Assembly: GCA_001600695.1 (NCBI GenBank)
Contig: BCKQ01000003.1
Span: 838,003-902,002 of the forward strand
Length of the DNA stretch: 64,000 bases
Direction of reading: 5' to 3'
Source: Ascoidea asiatica JCM 7603
Taxonomy: Eukaryota; Fungi; Ascomycota
Made by a program: the position numbers and the translations under genes
Notes under the pieces: model-generated
Databases searched by the model: none
Told to the model about the DNA's origin: nothing
The model's input: only the letters and a program-made list of their open reading frames with translations
Shown: piece after piece, positions 12,134 through 22,700 of the stretch
How the letters are laid out: each line of letters opens with the position of its first letter
How positions within the stretch are numbered: position 1 is the first letter of the stretch

Positions 12134-12418
12134 ATGAGTTTATCAAGATTAAGAAAAGCAGATTTACAATCTTTAGCTTTACAATTAGGTTTAGGTGAAA
12201 TTAATGGTACAAAATCAGTTATAGAAAATGATATAATTAAATTTCTTTATAATAATCCTGAATTACAAAATAAAAAAGAATTTGAAAAATATTATGCTTC
12301 TTTAAGAAGATCTCCTTCAAAACAAATATCTAAATTAAATTCAATATCAAGAACTAATTCAAGAAATAATTCAAGACCAAATACTTCTAATTCTTCAAAT
12401 GATATAAATACTGATATA

Positions 12419-12449
<31 letters not shown>

Positions 12450-13453
12450 TTAATAGTAATGAAAATGATAATGATAATTTTATTGGTAATTTAACTTCAA
12501 CTCCTTCCAAAAAAAGACATTCAACAAGATTATCTTCATCTTTTATTCATGTTAAAAAAGAATCTTCTCCTTTATTCAATTCTTCTAAACATAATATTCA
12601 ATTCGATAATAATGATAATGTTAATGAAAGTCAAGAGGAAGATGATGAAGAAGAAGAAGAAGAAGAAGAAGAGGAACAAGAGGAGGGTGAAGATAATGGA
12701 ATTGATAATGATAGTGATATAGAAGATATAACTGATCAAGAAATTAAATTAAATTCTAAAATTAATAATAATTTCAAAAATGAATTAAAAATTAAATTAA
12801 AAACTGGTTTAAATAATACTCGTAACTTTATTTATGAAATTCCTTTAATTACAAAAACAAAAATATCAAAATTTAATAAAATTTTTAATGAAAATTTATC
12901 CAATTTATTAAATTTCTTAATTACATCTTTTGAAAATTCAAATAATTTATTAAAAAAAAAATTATCAACAAATTTTTCAATTAATTTAATTCAATTAATC
13001 TCAGAATATTTAATTATAATTTCAAATAAAATTCCATTAACTAAATTTTCAATTAAATTTCCAAAAATTTTTAATTTTTTAAATAAAAATATAAATAAAA
13101 TTTCAAATAAACTTTCAGATAATTCAAATATTTCAAATAAAAAATATTTAGATTTTTTAATTTTTGATTATAATTATTTTTTCAATCTAGATTTTTTAGA
13201 ATTATTTTTTTTCTGGCTTTTAATTTTTTTAATTTTACCTTTAATTACTTCTTATTATATTAATTTTAATAAACTGAATCATCATAATAATAACAAGAAA
13301 ACTAATAATAATAATAATAATAAAACAACTTCTAGTTTTGATCCTTTAGTTTTCAATTTATCAAGATTTTTAGCATATTTTATTTTCTTAATTTCAAAAA
13401 TTAATTCTAAAGATTTAAAATATGAAGCAATTCATTTTGCTGAAAAAGAAGGT

Positions 13454-13484
<31 letters not shown>

Positions 13485-13612
13485 ATTGCTATTTATTACC
13501 TTTAAAAACTTGGATTTTTCATAACTCAATTTTATTAAGACCAATTTTATCAAAAGTTCCTTTAATTGGTTCAATTATTGGTACAATTATTGCAATTTAT
13601 GATGCTATTTAA
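12134..13612 (+). CDS. GTT3: Gtt3-like nuclear-envelope membrane protein, 492 aa
   Basis: N-terminal LSRLRKADLQSLA..LGL..TKS helix pair, low-complexity middle, C-terminal TM region with LPLITSYYINF, FDPLVFNL and IGTIIAIYDAI typical of the fungal Gtt3 family. Confidence 0.7.
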
Positions 13613-14214
13613 TTTCCTATTATATTTAAAAATTCAATTATTAATATCACTTTGTACTTCCTATTATTCCTAATCTTATTCTCCAATTTTTCAAATTATC
13701 AAACTTTTATTTATTAATTATATCTATATCCGTTTATTGCTTTCTATCTAAACTTTTTTTTTTTTTTTGTTTTCTTTTATTTTATTCTATTTTTTCAATT
13801 AAACTTTTCAAATTTCTTATTTTTATTTCAATATACAGTATATGTTTTTTTGGTGTCCTTTTTTTTCTTTCTCTTTATTTTTATATATATTAGTTCTTAG
13901 CTTTAAATTTATTATTTTGATTTTTCTTGTTTTGATTAAGATTTGTATTGTATGTATATTAATTTAGTCTTTTTTAATTGCAGAAAAAAAATCTTTTTCC
14001 CTTTTTCTCTTTTTTTTGTATTTTGAACTAAGTTTTAATAAATATTTTATTAGAACTTAAAAATTTTACTCGATTTTAGTTATTTTTACAAAAAAGAAAG
14101 TTTAAATTATCATTAAAATTTTAAATATTTTTATTAATTAACAAATGAATAAATTATACTATTCATAATAGTTATAGTTATTAAATTTAAAATATTTTTA
14201 AAATAATTATAAAA

Positions 14215-15599
14215 TTATGATTGTGGAGCATCTTTGAAAGAAATACAAGCTTCTTCACCCATTGCAGAAATAATAGTAACAACTAATTCTTTACCATCAT
14301 CAAATTCAGCAGTTAATTTATCACCTAATTCACCTTCTGGTAATTTAACATCATCTTTAGTATCACCATCAGTATTCATTAAACTTAAATAACCATCATC
14401 AATATCAATTAATTGAAATTCATTTCTTTTAACAACAGGAACTTCCATATTATGAGTTGAAGGAGATAAATCTTCTAATTTTTTACCAGTAAAAATATCT
14501 AAAGCAACTAAATGAACTTTAGCATGACCATGTTTACCAGTTTTTGAAGTTGACATATCAACAATTTTACATGGTCTACTTTTAATAACAACGAAACCAT
14601 TTTTTCTTAATGATGAACATTGCATTGGGAAAGTTAATGAAGCACCAGCATTGGCGGTATCAAAATGATGCTAAAGAAAGTAAACATTTAGTTAGTAAAT
14701 CTAATTAATTTGAATATACTTTTTAATTTACAATTAATATTCTTTAATCATTCTTAACACTTAATATCAGGATGTTTGATTTAATAAAACTTTTTTAATA
14801 TATTATCTCATAAAAACTCTTAAAATGTGTTTCTTTAGTCTCATATATCTTATAAATCTCATAAATCTCATAAATCTCTTTTAAACCTATTTTAAATCTT
14901 TCTTCTTAATCTGATTTCTCATGAAATCCGTGTAAACTGATAAAATATAAGAAATTCCGTGTGGATCCGGGATCATGGAAGTTTTTAATCAGATTTTAAT
15001 ATAAGGACAGATTTATAAAGAAAAAAAATTGAAAAAGGGCCCAAATTGAATGAATAATAATAAATAGAAATGATGTCGAGAATATAATATTCAGTAATAA
15101 GTAATAATGATTTTAATAAATATTATATTTCTTTGAAGGATTTAGTTGATTTGATTTTCTGGGGTATATTATATGTTGAATTCGGTTAAGTGAATAATGA
15201 TAGTAATAATATACATTAATGGATAATCTTGTTAATGCATATTATGATTACTGATAACCATTTTAATAGAGTTGAAAGTAGAAACTCGAGATAAGATGAG
15301 ATGAGGTGAGATGAAATTAGATGAGATAAGATGAGACGAAATAAATAAAATAATATATAATTTGATCAATTTTGATGGTTTCATTAATTTGAAAAAAGTA
15401 TTTGTTTTATTTAATTGAATATTTTAGTATTATATGAATAATTAAGAATAATAATCAAATAATGATATTCTTAGAAACTGATTATTTATATGAATAAATA
15501 AGTGTAAATAATAAAATTAATAATAAAATTAATAATAAAATCAATAATAAAAATTGATTATCAAAATAAAGAAAAATAACATACTTCTTCGTCAGACAT
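14215..15599 (-). CDS. HYP2: Translation factor eIF5A, 156 aa; spliced: exon1 15599-15585, exon2 14670-14215
   Basis: Hypusine loop [12 protein letters not shown]. Joining exons restores the canonical N-terminus MSDEE|[28 protein letters not shown]2 vs ANB1 naming is not resolvable. Confidence 0.97.
14671..15584 (-). other. Spliceosomal intron of eIF5A gene, 914 nt, phase 0
   Basis: 5'ss GTATGT (15584-15579), branch TACTAAC (14697-14691), 3'ss TAG (14673-14671); splicing keeps frame. Confidence 0.95.
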
Positions 15600-16202
15600 T
15601 ATGAAAGATTTATAGATGAATAAGAATTAAAGGAATTAATAAATAAAATTAATGAATATAGGCTAATTAAAGTCTTTCTTTTATGTATATGTATATATAT
15701 ATAAATAAAAAATTAAAATATTAAATAATATAGTAAGTAAATATTATGAAATTTTTTTAATTTAAAAAGAACGATAAAATTAAGATATATATATATAAAA
15801 TTTTAAAGAGAAAAAAAATAAAAAAAAATACTAAAAGTTTTTACTTTGGGTTTCAAAAGGTCTATTAAAACGAAAGAGGCAAATGAAATTAAGTAAATGC
15901 GCGAACGAAAAAAAAAAATAAAAAAAGGATAATTTTAGCTAGAAGAAATGAGAAAACAGGAGAAAAACTGAAGAAATTCAAAGGAAATACAAAGAATCGA
16001 TAAAAGAAGAAGAGTTTGTGCAGTAAATGCTACGGTAACATTCTATGATTGTTGGTGGTTTAGGCACGAGACTTAACTGTAGAAATAGGACTTCTTTGAA
16101 ACAGATCTGTATTAGGACACCGTAAACTGAGTCACAGCAGCGTAATATGGAAACCGACACCTCTCGAGCGGGAATTTGGTTCGCAAGTGGGAAGCGAAAA
16201 GA

Positions 16203-16210
16203 GCGATGAG
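16203..16210. promoter_or_regulatory. PAC element (GCGATGAG) upstream of eIF5A
   Basis: Exact PAC consensus about 600 nt upstream of the ATG, within a GC-richer island. Confidence 0.35.
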
Positions 16211-17637
16211 CTTCAAAAGACTTGTGGTCAGAAAGTGGACAAGCAGTGAAATCCAAAAAGAGGGTAACATTTAGGGAAAGCAGGAGTCGGTGTAATTTGC
16301 AGTGTCTTTGCATGACTGAGCAGCTACATTTGTTTTTGTTTTCAGGACCTTTCTTTTCGGGACTGCGCGGCTTGATTTTTATGTGTTCAAGAAGTTTTAA
16401 ACAATTGTTTTTTTTTTTCGTTTTGACTGGATAGAGAGCTGTGATTGGTCAGATTCCCCTTTTAATCGCTGAGTTTGTGAATATATAAAAATATATGTTT
16501 GTGTATATTTTATATTTAGTCTTTAATCTATAGTAATGACAATGAAAGTGATATGAAACTTTATAGAATTCCCTAAAGGATTAGATATAAATTCATGATG
16601 TGAGAGTTAAAACAAAAAAATTATCACTTTATTTTTGAAATTAATCCTTTTTTCTCCACAGAGATGTTATTTTTTTATCTGATAGCCAGCCAGTAAAAGA
16701 AAGTGTAAGAGAATACAAAAAACAAACCGATTTTTCTTTAATCAAACTATCAGTTAGTCAGTGAAAATACTTTATCTGCACATACGAACTTATAAAAAAC
16801 ATTGATTATCCAATGTTGATCGATGAGATGACAACTATTTTTGTGAAAAAAAAAAACTAAAATTTTTTATAAAAATACGTAATCGTTTTAATTAATTCAA
16901 AAATATCTTAAAAATCTCAAATTAAAAACAGAATCATCAGAAACCAAAAAGAACTCTTTGAAGTAAATTTTTTTAATTTTCGGAAAAAAAAAAGGTGTTT
17001 CAAAAATTTAAAAGATTTTTATATTTAAAAAAGGGTTAAATTTTATTTATTTATTTAGAAAGCTTTATAAATATACGGCTACTAAAATTATTTATCAATT
17101 CTTTTTTGGTAAATAAGATTCTTTTTATAAATAAAACATCAAAAATATAAAAAAAATAAAAATTGAATTGTACGATCTCAAATGAATCTTCAGAATTCAC
17201 TGAGATTGTGATTCAATTGATTTTTAAGAGCTAAAAAGATCGAGATTTTGAGACTGAGATTGAGAAGGTAAGAATCAAGGGCCGGATAGCAGGGGGCTGG
17301 AATCGGTACTGCTGTAAATTTATGGATACGACTTAATAATAATCTTCTCTGTGAAGTTCATTGGCCCAAACAGGGAAGCCCTCTCGTAGCCGGACCCCTG
17401 GCGGTACGAAACCGTATGCCCTCATCGCTGTGAGCACGGACTGCAGCCCTCCAATTGGCTGGGTGCCCGCTGCGCTGCTCCCACTCAAAATCCTTGTTTG
17501 TCTTTGTCTTGCACCAATTTTATTTTTAAAAAAAAAAAAAAAAAAACAGTCACATGACTGGTAACTTTTTTTATTATAATCCACAGAACTGGAACTGTAA
17601 TCGGATATGAATCCAGTTTTATGGGTCTTCAAAATAA

Positions 17638-19317
17638 TTATTGTCCATTAATATCTGAAATAAGTTTATTAAGACACTTGATCTTATCAATAATTCCAAA
17701 TTCTGGATTAATTATATCATCATTTTCAATTAATTTCATTTTAATATCATTAACCAAAGTTAAATTATCTTCTTCATCATCATTTAATTCACTATCAACA
17801 GAATTTAATTCATAATCATTATTGTTCTTGAATTTTTCAATTTCTTCAATTTCTTCATCCATTTCTTTAATTTCCAAAAAATTTCTCCTTTTGATTAAAT
17901 TCTCATTTCTTAAAATCTCTAGTTTTTTTTCAATATCTTTATGTTTTGATCTTAATTCAAAAATTTCTTTTCTTATTAAATTTTTCTTTCTAGAAATTTT
18001 TCTTAAATTTGATATTAAATCATTATTAATTAGATTATTATAATCATTTAATTTATTAAAATGCTTTATTAGATTTTTTTTATAATTTTCAATCAAATTT
18101 ATTTCAAATTCATTATTATTATTATTATTATCTGATTTTTTGGATCTTTTTTCTTCTTTTTCTTCTTTTTCTTCTTTTTCTTCTTCTTCCTCATCTTCTT
18201 CTATTCTTTCTTCTTGTAATTTTATCAAATATTCCTCTATAATCTGTGTAACTATGTCAATTGAATTAATCAGTGAGCCACTTGAATTTCCATTATATCT
18301 TTTATTTAATCTTTTCAATCTTATTTCAATTTTGTCTTCTTTATTTATATCATCTTTCTTACTTGACTGTTTCTTATCATTATTATGAATTTCCTCTTCA
18401 TTTTCATTATTTTCAAATTTTCGTTTTCCTCTATTAATTAGTTTTTTATCTATTCTTCTCTTTTTATTATTCAAAATTGATTTCTTTTGTCTATTCACAT
18501 TCTGCTCTTTTCTTTTTCGTATTCTTTTACTTATTAATGAGCTTACATTTTTTTTGTCTTTTTGTTTTTCATCATCAACGCTTATATCTTTAATTTTTCT
18601 TTTTTTTCTTGTCTCATTTCCTCCAATTAATGATCCGCTATCTAAAATTTCTATTTTAACATTATTTTCATTTTCTGTAATTTTATTATTATTTGATACT
18701 GATTTATCTATTTCTTTTATTTTAGTTTTAGGTATTTTTTTACCACTAAGATTTTTAGAAATTGTTTTTTTTGAATTTAGTGTATTATTTTTATTTATTC
18801 TTCCAGAATTTATTTTTGAAAGTAATCTTGGTGACCTTCTAAGAGTAATATCAGATCTTGCTTTTTCCTCTGAACTAGAAGAGTTTTTTGTTTCTATCTT
18901 GGGTGATTTCGATAATGATCTCGACCTTAATCTTGATCTTAACCTTGAACTTGATATTGAACTTGATCTAGATCTAGTTCTAGTAGTAGGTCCACCTACT
19001 CCACTTTCATTATCATCTGTAAAATCACCTAATCTCTTATTATTATCATTATTACTATCATTCTTTTTCGGCGTACTTATTGCCAATACAATATCTTGAA
19101 AATTTGTTTTTCGACTATAGTTTCAAAAAAAAAATAAAATGAAACAAAAACAAACCAATTGTCATTGTTTTTTTTTCAAATTAATAAACTTGTTAGTTTC
19201 AATCAAAAACTCTTTTTAGCAATAAACTACACAATAAAACAATACTTACCCAGCTCCTCTTATTCTGGCTTCTCTTCTAGCAACTCTATCTAAATCTAAA
19301 GGCAAAGATATTACCAT
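17638..19317 (-). CDS. AME1: Inner kinetochore subunit Ame1/CENP-U-like, 514 aa; spliced: exon1 19317-19250, exon2 19114-17638
   Basis: Track ORF starts at TTG. Upstream exon encodes MVISLPLDLDRVARREARIRGAG, resembling the fungal Ame1 N-terminal R-x-RG motif. NSIDIVTQIIEEYL plus C-terminal coiled coil fit the CENP-U domain. Confidence 0.75.
19115..19249 (-). other. Spliceosomal intron of AME1-like gene, 135 nt, phase 2
   Basis: 5'ss GTAAGT (19249-19244), branch AACTAAC (19198-19192), 3'ss TAG (19117-19115); GG|T junction is in frame with the long ORF. Confidence 0.85.
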
Positions 19318-19458
19318 ATTTATAATTGATTTTATTTTTCACTTCATATCTTTTCAATTAAATCATTTTTATTTCATCAAACCTATTTTTAATTAAATAT
19401 AAATAAAGGTAAACAGTTGAATAACGTTATTCCCACGATTTTGGCGTTGCCTTATAGG

Positions 19459-19507
19459 CGGGTAACCATGATTTCATATATAAATTAATCTTCAAATATT
19501 TACGCGT
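19459..19507. promoter_or_regulatory. Reb1-like (CGGGTAA) and MCB (ACGCGT) motifs in AME1 promoter
   Basis: CGGGTAA 19459-19465 and ACGCGT 19502-19507, 140-190 nt upstream of ATG 19317. Confidence 0.5.
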
Positions 19508-19786
19508 TGTGTAACATTAACTTAAATTGCTATATACAGTATGTTAATTTTAGTTATTGATAATTACAAACAATTTTAACAACGTTAGAAACATTTAATC
19601 ATTAAATAAATTATCTCTTTGGAAAAATATATATATATATATATAGAAGTAGAAAATAATAGTTCTAAAAATAATGCCGAAAACTAAATAAATATTAGAA
19701 AAATTAGAGAAATAAAGAATATAAAAAAAATATAAAAAAAAATATAAATATAAAATGTTTAAAAAATTATGAGAACATAAACCATA

Positions 19787-22700
19787 CTATATATTATTGA
19801 TTAAAATTAAATCATTATTTATTTCATCATTCGTTAGTCCTTTTAATCCAGGAGCTCTTTTTCTAGATAATGAAACTTCTTTTTCATTTTTTTCTTTTAT
19901 GATTTTCACTAAAAATCCGTTTTTACTTACTCCTCTTTTTCTTCCTCTTGTTCTCTTTCTTCCAACTGGATTAAGTGAATCTGTTTCACTATTTTTATTT
20001 GTACTATTTCTAATATCGGATCCACTCTCATTACTATCACTATTATTGACACTAATGAAATTACTATTTCTAATTTCATTTTCACCATTACTCAAAAATG
20101 AATTTAATTTCAAATCTTCTTTGGAATTATTGAGATTATGCTTTTCATCATAATATTTTTTATATGTGAGTTTTTTATTTTTATCTCCAATTGCTTCATC
20201 AATTGCTAACCTTACACTCTCTTCAGTAATAAGAGGAGAAAACCCTTCAATCAATGAAATCATGGAATGTTTAGAATTGTTATCAAAAACTGAAAGGCCA
20301 TTATTATCATAATTATTTGAAGTACTATAAGCCTTTTTTATTAAAAGTTCCTTTGTCTTCCTTCTTTTAGAACTATTTTCAATCGCATTTGTCTCATGAT
20401 TTTCTTTTTCATTGCTTAAATTGTCATCTTTTTTATTTTCCTCATCATCACTTTCATTTCCTGCAATTATATCTCTAATAGATTCATCTATCTTTTCCAG
20501 AAATTCATCAGTTTCATTAAATCCATATAATAAATTATTTGATAATTTTGAATTTACATCAAATAGTTCCTTATTATTATTAGCTTTTAATTTGGTTTTT
20601 TGATTTTCAAGATAATTTTTTAAATTTTCTAACTTATTTTGTAAATGCAAATAAATCTTTTCATAAATGTTGAAATTATCTTTTAAAAAAATTTTCAAAT
20701 TTAAATTCAATCTATAAAAATCCCATAATTTTAATCTCACTAATTCGAAATCTCTCTCTTCTCTTATATCTTTCTCATTATCGATTAGTTCATTTAATTT
20801 CTCAACATCACAATTTGAGGGATTCAATAATTCTTCATTACTAAGGATATCTGAAATTGATAAATTTGGAGGTAATAAAAATAAAGATTTCAACAAATTT
20901 TCTTTTTCTTCAATTTCTTTTTCTAAAATTAAATTCTTATTTGATTCAGTGAAATTATCTAACTTACTATAATTTTTGTAAAGAGATTGTGCTCTTCTTT
21001 TTCTATTACTGTTTGAAACTATTGCAGTTATTTCGTTATTTCCTTTTGATATTAACTTTGAAGGATCTGTAATTATCGATAAATTTTCTGTTTTATTTGC
21101 ATTATCTTCATTACTAAGAGATTTATCATCAATATTAAATTCATCATTATGAACTTCGAAGTTAGGATACATAGCATTTTTAGAAAAGATTTCCGTTATA
21201 CTCCCATCTTTATCTTTATCATTTCGATCTTTAAAGCTTTTTATTTCTTCAATAACTTCTAAGTTCTTCTGAATAGTTGAGTTTTTTACTCTTTTTTTTT
21301 TTTTTTCCTTTTCTTTTACATTTTCATTTTTTGAAACTCTGGAATTCCGATGAGACAACTCCTTTTTTGTAACATTTAACCAACTTTTTGGGGGAGTGGG
21401 TTCGGTTTTTAAAAATTCTTCAACTTCCTCCGGTTCAATAATATTTAGTGGGCCTAATTCATCATCTTCTTCAATCAAAATATCATTCTCATCATCAACT
21501 TTTGTAATTGAACTATTTTTAGTATTGCTAATTGAATTCTGCTTTTTCTTTTCAATTAAGTTACGCTTCGAATCATTATAGATCGTGAACAAAATTCCAA
21601 CAGCTGATGAAATTTCCTCATCGCATATCATTGGCTCACTGGTCAAATTAGAGTGCCTTATTCCATTTGATTCCTTAGCAACAACAAGCTCTGTAGCTTT
21701 CAATAAATTATCAAAATTACTATTATTATTATTTGGATTTAAGTTAGCTCTTGAAATGTTTTCTTTTTGTACATTATCAAATTTAAGTAAACTCTCATTT
21801 TGATTTGAACTTTTTGGTATTTCATTTGTAATGCTAAAAAAGTCATCTTTGATACTTTGATCGATATTGATCGCCTTCAATTTCTTGCTTTTATCAAAAT
21901 TTTCATTTTGAACAACAGGTGAAGAAGTAAATTTGAGATTTTCCTTGGGTTTTTTTTCAACAATATCCTGAATATATGAATTACTTTTGACAGAATTACT
22001 GTTATTTTTAACTTTTTTGGCTTTTCTTTCTTTCTTATCTTTTTTAACCTTTTTGACTTTTTTATCATTCTTCTCTTTTATTTCATTTTTTTCATATTTT
22101 TCTTTTAAATTGAATACAGGCTCATTGAAGCCTTTAGTTTGCTCGGAGGTACTAGAAATTTCACTTTTTTTTGTTGAGTTCAAATTTGAAGACTCTTTGT
22201 TAGTTAATGGAGAGTTCAAAATATTGTTTATTTTTAAATTATCATTCTTAATTGTTGTAGAAGAGATAAATTTGATTTCATTATAATGAGAACTTTCACT
22301 GGATTTGCTTGAAGATGGAATCATTTCAGAATTTAAGAAAGAGTTTGAATTTGTATTTGAATTAAAAGGAGTATTAGATATTATATTATAAATCGAATTC
22401 GGCTTTGATTTGTTATTTGGATAAAGTGGAGTGGAAATTGGATTTAAAAGTGACATCATATCAGTTTTTCTTCGTTGAGGAAGATTAGTATCTTTTTTAT
22501 TTGAAGTTTCCAAAGATTTTTGAGTAGAAAATTTGGAGTTATTTAATTTTCCTATTTCATTCAAAGAATTGTTTAAAATTGATGGATAACCAGCAGTTTT
22601 ATTGATTGGAATTGTATTCAAATGTTTAGTAGAAGAATCTTTAAAACTATTGTTGTAAGGACTGTAAAATGATTGAGGAGTTTGCAGTTGATTTGCCATA

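Noticed and set aside
17550-17640. RTCACRTG sites as possible point-centromere CDEI
   Set aside because: No CDEII/CDEIII arrangement; the motif recurs in many promoters, and point centromeres are limited to Saccharomycetaceae.
18554-19099. 181-aa antisense ORF and similar antisense or overlapping ORFs within the large genes
   Set aside because: Shadow frames of K/E/N-rich coding sequence giving F/L/S/I-rich low-complexity peptides, mostly with non-ATG starts.
19787-21010. DEP1 as identity of the large Sds3-family ORF
   Set aside because: ERDxELVRL motif and the C-terminal helix match Sds3 better than Dep1 as recalled.
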